Source: an uncultured delta proteobacterium
GTDB taxonomy: Bacteria; Myxococcota_A; Polyangia; Fen-1088
Assembly: GCA_963755125.1 (NCBI GenBank)
Contig: CAVWIP010000008.1
Location: 416,001 to 480,000, forward strand
Reading direction: 5' to 3'
DNA: 64,000 nt
Shown: one piece after another, positions 57,589 through 64,000 of the stretch
Position numbering within the stretch: the first letter of the stretch is position 1
Layout: each line of letters opens with the position of its first letter
Notes under the pieces: generated by a model
What the model was told of the DNA's origin: nothing
Databases searched by the model: none
Seen by the model: only the letters and a program-made list of their open reading frames with translations
Program-made: the position numbers and the translations under genes

Positions 57589-60500
57589 CTATTTCAATTC
57601 ATCGAGCAACGCCTTGGCCTCGGCTAGCTCGGGATCTTCTTGCAACGCCCGCTTGACGAAGATGATGGCTCGGGCCTTGTCACGGGACTTGTGGGCGATG
57701 CGGCCCAGGCGGTAGTAGGCCACCGCGGAACCCTTGGGATCCTTGACCGGGTTGGCCGTCACCACACGCAGGGCGCGCATGGCCAGTTCGTCGTCGCCCG
57801 CGGCTTCGGCCAGGTCCGCCACCTCGCTGGCTATGGCCACGCTCTTGCGGTCGGTTTCCAGCGCCTTCTTCAGTGCTTGCAGCCGCCCCTCGTTGTCCCC
57901 CTTGGCCGCGGCCAACTGGGCCTGCCGCTGATAGAGGACTGCCAGCTCCTCGGCGCGCATTGTCTTGGCCTCTGCCAGCAGGCTGGCCAGCACTTCGGCA
58001 CCGCGAGCGATTTCACCCATACCGATATAGGCATCAATGAGCAGCGTGCGGCCGACCCGCTCCGTGGGCCGAAGCGCCGCGGCCTTCTCCAGTGCGGTGG
58101 CGGACGCGGGAAACGCGCCGGCACCGAGCAGGGTCTCGGCCGCGCCGACCAGCAGACGGTAGCTCTCGCCTTCATCGGTCTCCCGGTCGGCCATCTGGAT
58201 CTGCAACTCCGCAGCCTCGATGGCGTTGCCGCCGGCCTGAAGAAGCTGCGCCAGCCGCGCCAGCACCGGAGCGTGTCCCGGTATCTGGCGCAAGACCTCC
58301 TGCAGCCAAGGGATGACCTCGGCGCCACGGCCAATCTTCTCGCAAGCCGCGGCCATGGCCAGCACGGTTTCGGCCAGGGCCTCGCCTTGCTCGATCTGGG
58401 CCAGGCGCGACCACACGCTGGCAGCGGCGTCCCAGCGCTCCTCCGCCTCGAAGCGCACACGCATGCTCTGCAGAACCTCGCGGTCAGTGGGATGGGCGTC
58501 GATCCAGCGGAAGAGAATCTGATCGGCCTGGGCCTGGTCGCCCGAGCCGCGCACCACCTCGGCCAGTCGCAGGGTGGCGGTGCGGGCCGCGGCCAGATCG
58601 CCGGCCGCGGTCGCGCGTTCCGCGATGCGAGTCAGGGTCTGGCTCAGCGACGGCACCACTTCACTTGCACCCAGGGTCAGGGCTTCCTCCATGTCCGCCA
58701 CCGCGGCTGTTTCATCCCCGCCCGCCGCGGCCAGCTCAGCACGCAGTTGCAGAAGGTCGGCGCGCCCTTCCTGGGCACCGTCCGCCAGGGCGTCAGTGAC
58801 CACGGATCTCGCGGCTGCCGAGTCACCAGAAGAGGCGAGCGAGGCGGTCAACTCGCGCAATGTTTCGATGTCTCCTGGTGCGCCCTCCATGGCCCGGCGC
58901 AGGCTGCGGGCAGCGCCCGCTTCGTCGCGCAGCTTGTCGCGCTGGATGCGGGCCGCCTGGTGCAAAAGTGGACCGGCCTTGTCGGCGTCCACGCGCGCGG
59001 CCTCGCCGGTCAGCAGCGCCACCAGTTCCGGCCACAACTCGTGCTCGGTGTAGCAGGTCGTGAGGCGCTGGAAGAGGTCGGCGTCGTCCGGGCAGCGATT
59101 GCGGCCCAGTTCCAGTGCCCGTCGCATACCGGCGTCGTCGTGCAGGCGCGTGCGCAGCTCGGCGAGATCCACCGCGCGCGCCGCGGCCTCGGCGCCGCTC
59201 TCGCCAGCCAGGATCTCCTCGCTCAGCGCCGCACGCTCGGCCAACTCGTCCTGCTCGGATAGAAGATCGAGCAAAGAGAGTTGCAGCGACCGCCTGATCC
59301 CCAAATCGGAGAACGGCGCGGCCAGTACCTGGCGGTAGACCTTCTTGGCGGACGCAGGCTCGATCTTCTTGACCAGTTCGCCGAGCCGTCGCGCCAAGGC
59401 AACCCGTCCGGCCCCGGTTCCCGCACCCTCGCCGCTCGACAGCGCCTCGGACAAGACAGCCACGGCCCGGGTCATCTCGCCCCGCCGTTCATGGAGGTCA
59501 GCCAGCACCATGAGCCCCTCGGGATGGCTCGGATCCTCGGCCAAAACCTCGCGCAGGACGGCTGTCGCCTGCTCCTCCGTCTTCTTCTCGCCCAGCAGAA
59601 ATTTGGCCCAGGCCAGGCGGGCCGTGTTGCGGTCGGAGCGGGCCATCAGCTTTTCCGCCAACTCGCGCACCAGGCTCTCCAGGGCCGCGCGGTTTCCCAG
59701 CCCCGCGTACAGGCGCAGAAGCGGCTCCCAGACCTCGCGGTCCAGGGGATAGAGCGTGCGCAGGTGCTCGAACAGCCGAGCCGCAGCTTCGGCGCTCTCC
59801 GGGTGCTCCGAGGCAGCGCGTGCCATCTCTCGCACCACCGGCGCCAGACGCGGATTGGGCCAAGCCTCGCGTGTGTCTTCCAGAATCCTCGTCACCCCGT
59901 CCCAGTCGCCGCGACTGCGCAGGCGGCGCACAAGATCCAGAATGGCCCAGGTGGCACCGCGCAGGCCGCCGGGCACCGCGCGCGCCAGAACGATCGCGCG
60001 CTCGATGAGCTTCTCGGCCCTGGCTCCTTCGCCCAGAGACACGGCCAGTTCCACCCCGTCGCGCACGTCCTCGCTGCGCGCGTCCGGCAGAGCAGCACGC
60101 CGCTCGTAGAAATCGAGGAGTACATGCTCGTCGGACGATGCCCGCGCCACTTTCTCGTACACCGGCATCACGCGGGCCAGGTCAGCCTCGGGCACGTGGG
60201 CTGCTTCGACCAGGGCCGTGGCTCGCGCCAGATCGTGCGAAAGATCCACGGCAAGCGCCAAGGCGTCCAGGCCTTCATCGCGGGAGCCGGGCAACCCGAG
60301 CTGGCACTCGGCCACGCGGAAGAGAAGATCGGCCTTCTCGGCCGGGTTGCCGGCGAGCTGGGACATGCGACGCAACTGCGCCGTCGCCCGTCGCTGCTCG
60401 GCCTCGTCGCCGACTTTCAGGCTGACCCGCGCCAGACCGGTCAAGGCCTCCGCCAGGCGTTGCCCGGTCTGCTCGACCCGGTGATAGAGCGCCGTCGCGC

Positions 60501-63500
60501 GCGCGACATCGCGCAAATCGTGCTCGGCCGCTTCCCCGGCCCGCAGCAACAGATCGGCCACCCGAGACGCGTCGTTGGCGCGGCGAAGCTGATCGGCCGC
60601 GCTGGTCACCGCTTCGAGGTAGCGGCCAGCCTGGCCGAGCTTGGCCGCCAGGGCCCGCGCCTGCCCGTGCGCGCTCGCGCTGTCAGGCACCTTCTCGACG
60701 ATCTTGAGCAGGGCTTCCAGCGCCTCGCCGCGACGGTCGAGCTTGTCCAGCACCTCGGCCAGCTCGCACACCACCGCCGCTTCTTCCGCGGCCAGGTTGG
60801 CGGCCGCCCGCCGCTTTGCCAAAAGCCCGAGCAAAGCCTCACTCTCGCCAGCGGCGAGCAGGGCAGCTTGCACACGGCGGGCCTCGACGGCATCGTGCAT
60901 GGCTCGCGCCAGGGCCGAATCGAGCGCCTGGGCAGCGGCCTCGTTGCGGCCCAGGGCCAGGGCCACGCGGCGCAGGCGCAGCAAGACCTCGCCGGCGGTG
61001 ATCACGGCATCGGCCGACTGGCCCCGGCGGGCCAGCACCAGCAGCGCTCGGTAGGCCTTGTCGGCGCGCTCGAACTCGCCCACTTCCTCGGCCACCTCGG
61101 CCAGGGCAAGCTGCACCTCCATGTTGTCGAGCAACACGGAGGAAGCCTGTTCCAGGTGCTGCAGCGCCAGCTTGGGGTTCTTCTCGGCGCGCGCCACCTG
61201 CGCGACCTGATGGTGTAGCGCAGCCCGCTCGCGCGACTGGCGACGGCCGTACTCTTCCAGCACGCCTTCCAGCACCGCGCGCGCTTCGGCCAGGCGGCCG
61301 GCTGTGCGCAGACCCTCGGCCAGGGCGAGGCGCAGGCTGCGATCGGCGGGCGCAAGGGCCAGTGCCCGTTGCAAGGCCGGCACCGCCCGCTCGGGGCTGT
61401 GCAGATGCTCCTGGCAGACCAGCAGGGTCTCGCGCGCACAGGCCACCACGGCGTGCGGATTGTCCAGCCGGGCGCAGCGGTCGGTGAGAGCCCGCGCCAG
61501 CGCCTCCCAGCGCTCGGCATCGCGGTACAACTGGGTAAGCAACACCCACAGCTCGTCGGCGACCGGATCTTCGGCCAAGGCGCGCTCCAGCGAGGCCACC
61601 GCCCGGTTGTGCTGGCCGGCCGCCACGTAGGCGCGGGCCAGCTGCGCCGCGGACTGGCGGCGCTCGCCCGGATTGCCCAGCGACATGCGCTGCTCCAGCC
61701 ACTGCGCCGCGAGCAGGGGCTCGCCCGAAGCGATGCACAGGCGGGCCAGGCTGTCGAGCGCAGCCGAGCTGCTCTCCAGCACGACCACGCGTTCCCAGGC
61801 CGCGACGGCGCGTGCGCTGTCGCCGAGCGGGGACTCGGCCAGGGCCGCGACTTCAGTCCACAGACGAGCGGCCCGCGCGCTGTCGCCCAACCCCTCCAGC
61901 TTGCGCGCCTGCGCGGAGAGAATGTCCGCCAGCTCGCCGAATCGGCCGCGCGCGCGCAGCAACGTGCCCAGGGCAGCCAGGGTGGCCGGGTGGCCAGGCA
62001 ACTCCTCCAGGTTGGCCAGCAGCGCCTCGAATCGACCAGTGCGTCCCTCGACCACTTCGCCCAGTCGGGCGATCTCCAGGCGCAAGGCCAGGCGCGCCTC
62101 GCCGTCGGACAGCAGGTCCAGTTGGCGACGGCGCACGGCGATCAATTCGGAGAACTGCTCCGCCTCCTCGTACAGGCGGGCCAGAACCGCCATGGCCTCG
62201 CGGTCGTCGGGCTCGTCTTCGACGATGTGCCGGTAAACCTCGCGCGCCACGGCCTTGTCCGCCTCGATCGCAATCTTGCCGACGCGCGCGCGCAGGCCCT
62301 TTCTGTCATCGGCAGACAGGGGCAGCCGACTCGTGTCGAGCAGCAGGTCCACCGCCTGTCGAAGGTCGGCCGGATCCTTGCTGGCCAGAAGCGGGCTCAC
62401 CAGGCCATCCACGGCGCGCAACACAGCCGCGGCCGGCACCAGCTGGCCCTCGGCAGGGCCGCCCAGACGGAGAAGCTCGACCGCGCGATGGTGCAGCACG
62501 GTCAGGCAGCGTTGCCCGAGTTCCATGTCGTGCAGCACGCGGCCGGCCAGATCGGCAGCCTCGGCCATGGCATCCAGATCGCGCGGGGCGAGCGCCACGA
62601 TCTTCATCAGCGTGTCGAGCAAGGGTCGGCCCCCACGGCTGCGCTGGACCTGCGCCAGGCGACGCAGGGTCGGCAGGTGCTCGGGGTCGTAGGCCAGGGC
62701 GCGCAGCAGCGCCTGTTCCGCCCAGGCCTCGCTGTCGGCGACCGGATAGCCCGCGATGCGTTCCTCGATGGTCCGGGCAAAAGCGCCGGGCAGCGACGGA
62801 CGACGGGCCAGGGCAGCGGACAGCGCCGTGCCCAGGGCCGCAAAGGTGGCGGCGGGATCGGCGGACGCGGCCGCCGTTTTCTCCACGATGGGCAGGTGCT
62901 CAGCCAGCAGCCGGTCGGGCGAGAACGGCTCTGCCATGGCGGTGTCAGCGGCCAGCTCGCACGCGCCGGTGTTGGCGGCCAAACGGATCACCGCCGCGCG
63001 CGCCTGCCGATTGTCGGGCGCGCCCTTGAGGGCTGCCTGATACGCGCTGAGCGCGCCCTTCTTGTCGGTCAGTTTCTCCTCCAAGAGGCGCGCTTGCAGC
63101 AGGCGCAGGTGTACCGTGCGCGCCAGCGAGGGCGCCAGCGAGGCCGCGGCCGCCCCCAGGGACTCGGTCACCAGAGGCCAGCCCGAAAGGGCGGTAGCCA
63201 GACGCATGATCTCGCTTTCCAGATGGCCGTCGTCCGGGGCCAGGCGCAGAGCCGCGCACAGGTGCGGCAACGCCTCCTCAGCACGATCGGCACGCATCTC
63301 TGCCAGGTGCGCCGCCTCGGCGAGAAGACGCGCGCGCGCCCGGTCGTCCGCCGCCACGGCCAGGCGATGGGGCAGAAGAGCGAGCAGGGCAGCCCAGTCG
63401 TCGGCGGCTTGCAGGGCGCGGACAAGCGCCGCGACCGCAACCGGCCGGCAGGCGGCATCGGTGAGCAAAGCCGCCAGGCCATCGCGCGAGCCGGTCAACG

Positions 63501-64000
63501 TGGGATCGATGTCCAGTGCGCGCGCATACCACGACGTGGCGGCCGGGCCGTCGCCCAGCTTGGTCCGGCAAAGGTCAGCCAATTGCACGAAGAGCGCGAC
63601 CAGGTGAGCCCTTTCCTTCTCACCGATCTTCGTGCCGAGCGCGAGCCAATCGGGCCAGCGTTCGGCCTGCGAGAAGAGATCAAGCAGCGCCTCGCTGGCT
63701 TCGCGATCGTCGGCCCAGGATTGCAGCACTTCCTGCAGCGTCGCGATGGCCTGCGCCGTCTGGCCCAGGTGCACGCTCTGCACACGCGCAAGTTGCATGA
63801 GATCGGCGCGGCGCTGGGTTGGCGGCAAGTCGATATTCGCGCGCCGGCGCAGCACCACGGCCAGATCAGCCCAGCGTTCGGCCGCGGCCAGCCGATCGAC
63901 CAGACTGTCGAGCGCCTGGCGGTCGTTGGGGTCGGCCTGCAGCCGCGTCTCCCACAGCCGCATGGCTCGCTCCACCTCGCCCCGCTGCGTGGCCAGGTCC
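57589..64000 (-). CDS. Giant TPR-like alpha-solenoid protein (over 2130 aa, 5' end outside the window)
   Basis: Continuous Ala/Leu/Arg-rich helical repeats (A...Y..AL..DP, ERW..L); frame open to the window edge. Confidence 0.9.
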   Translation of the reverse strand, partial: DLATQRGEVERAMRLWETRLQADPNDRQALDSLVDRLAAAERWADLAVVLRRRANIDLPPTQRRADLMQLARVQSVHLGQTAQAIATLQEVLQSWADDREASEALLDLFSQAERWPDWLALGTKIGEKERAHLVALFVQLADLCRTKLGDGPAATSWYARALDIDPTLTGSRDGLAALLTDAACRPVAVAALVRALQAADDWAALLALLPHRLAVAADDRARARLLAEAAHLAEMRADRAEEALPHLCAALRLAPDDGHLESEIMRLATALSGWPLVTESLGAAAASLAPSLARTVHLRLLQARLLEEKLTDKKGALSAYQAALKGAPDNRQARAAVIRLAANTGACELAADTAMAEPFSPDRLLAEHLPIVEKTAAASADPAATFAALGTALSAALARRPSLPGAFARTIEERIAGYPVADSEAWAEQALLRALAYDPEHLPTLRRLAQVQRSRGGRPLLDTLMKIVALAPRDLDAMAEAADLAGRVLHDMELGQRCLTVLHHRAVELLRLGGPAEGQLVPAAAVLRAVDGLVSPLLASKDPADLRQAVDLLLDTSRLPLSADDRKGLRARVGKIAIEADKAVAREVYRHIVEDEPDDREAMAVLARLYEEAEQFSELIAVRRRQLDLLSDGEARLALRLEIARLGEVVEGRTGRFEALLANLEELPGHPATLAALGTLLRARGRFGELADILSAQARKLEGLGDSARAARLWTEVAALAESPLGDSARAVAAWERVVVLESSSAALDSLARLCIASGEPLLAAQWLEQRMSLGNPGERRQSAAQLARAYVAAGQHNRAVASLERALAEDPVADELWVLLTQLYRDAERWEALARALTDRCARLDNPHAVVACARETLLVCQEHLHSPERAVPALQRALALAPADRSLRLALAEGLRTAGRLAEARAVLEGVLEEYGRRQSRERAALHHQVAQVARAEKNPKLALQHLEQASSVLLDNMEVQLALAEVAEEVGEFERADKAYRALLVLARRGQSADAVITAGEVLLRLRRVALALGRNEAAAQALDSALARAMHDAVEARRVQAALLAAGESEALLGLLAKRRAAANLAAEEAAVVCELAEVLDKLDRRGEALEALLKIVEKVPDSASAHGQARALAAKLGQAGRYLEAVTSAADQLRRANDASRVADLLLRAGEAAEHDLRDVARATALYHRVEQTGQRLAEALTGLARVSLKVGDEAEQRRATAQLRRMSQLAGNPAEKADLLFRVAECQLGLPGSRDEGLDALALAVDLSHDLARATALVEAAHVPEADLARVMPVYEKVARASSDEHVLLDFYERRAALPDARSEDVRDGVELAVSLGEGARAEKLIERAIVLARAVPGGLRGATWAILDLVRRLRSRGDWDGVTRILEDTREAWPNPRLAPVVREMARAASEHPESAEAAARLFEHLRTLYPLDREVWEPLLRLYAGLGNRAALESLVRELAEKLMARSDRNTARLAWAKFLLGEKKTEEQATAVLREVLAEDPSHPEGLMVLADLHERRGEMTRAVAVLSEALSSGEGAGTGAGRVALARRLGELVKKIEPASAKKVYRQVLAAPFSDLGIRRSLQLSLLDLLSEQDELAERAALSEEILAGESGAEAAARAVDLAELRTRLHDDAGMRRALELGRNRCPDDADLFQRLTTCYTEHELWPELVALLTGEAARVDADKAGPLLHQAARIQRDKLRDEAGAARSLRRAMEGAPGDIETLRELTASLASSGDSAAARSVVTDALADGAQEGRADLLQLRAELAAAGGDETAAVADMEEALTLGASEVVPSLSQTLTRIAERATAAGDLAAARTATLRLAEVVRGSGDQAQADQILFRWIDAHPTDREVLQSMRVRFEAEERWDAAASVWSRLAQIEQGEALAETVLAMAAACEKIGRGAEVIPWLQEVLRQIPGHAPVLARLAQLLQAGGNAIEAAELQIQMADRETDEGESYRLLVGAAETLLGAGAFPASATALEKAAALRPTERVGRTLLIDAYIGMGEIARGAEVLASLLAEAKTMRAEELAVLYQRQAQLAAAKGDNEGRLQALKKALETDRKSVAIASEVADLAEAAGDDELAMRALRVVTANPVKDPKGSAVAYYRLGRIAHKSRDKARAIIFVKRALQEDPELAEAKALLDELK

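Noticed and set aside
53538..61218. Long antisense ORFs (691, 540 and 645 aa)
   Set aside because: Shadow ORFs opposite hsdR and the TPR gene, expected in high-GC DNA

Overview
GC-rich DNA that looks like a myxobacterium (Gly/Thr-rich lipoproteins, CGDG-type Cys repeats, a giant TPR-like protein); the taxon is inferred, not shown. About 1-57.5 kb is accessory DNA. It opens with the end of a defence cluster (type III RM Res, an unknown ORF, mcrC, truncated mcrB), a DUF362 gene and a 3' fragment of tRNA-Leu(GAG) that is probably an att site. About 40 kb of mosaic follows, in which intact cargo genes (cus-type efflux operon, GH43, GH13, GT-C-like membrane protein, methyltransferase, FKBP, two TA loci, many lipoproteins) alternate with IS remnants and short slivers of unrelated genes (dnaA, uvrD-like, glycerate kinase, AAA ATPase, DUF1156). 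The accessory region closes with a type I RM operon containing darTG plus an M48 peptidase. The last 6.4 kb is the 3' part of a giant TPR-like gene. The most unusual signals are non-coding: (i) six copies of a fixed-length 57-bp degenerate site; (ii) one complete integrase-core DDE element plus seven remnants, with element ends often within about 11 bp of cargo stop codons; (iii) a 49-bp repeat with a palindromic core next to both TA modules. All family assignments come from motif recognition by eye; no searches were run.
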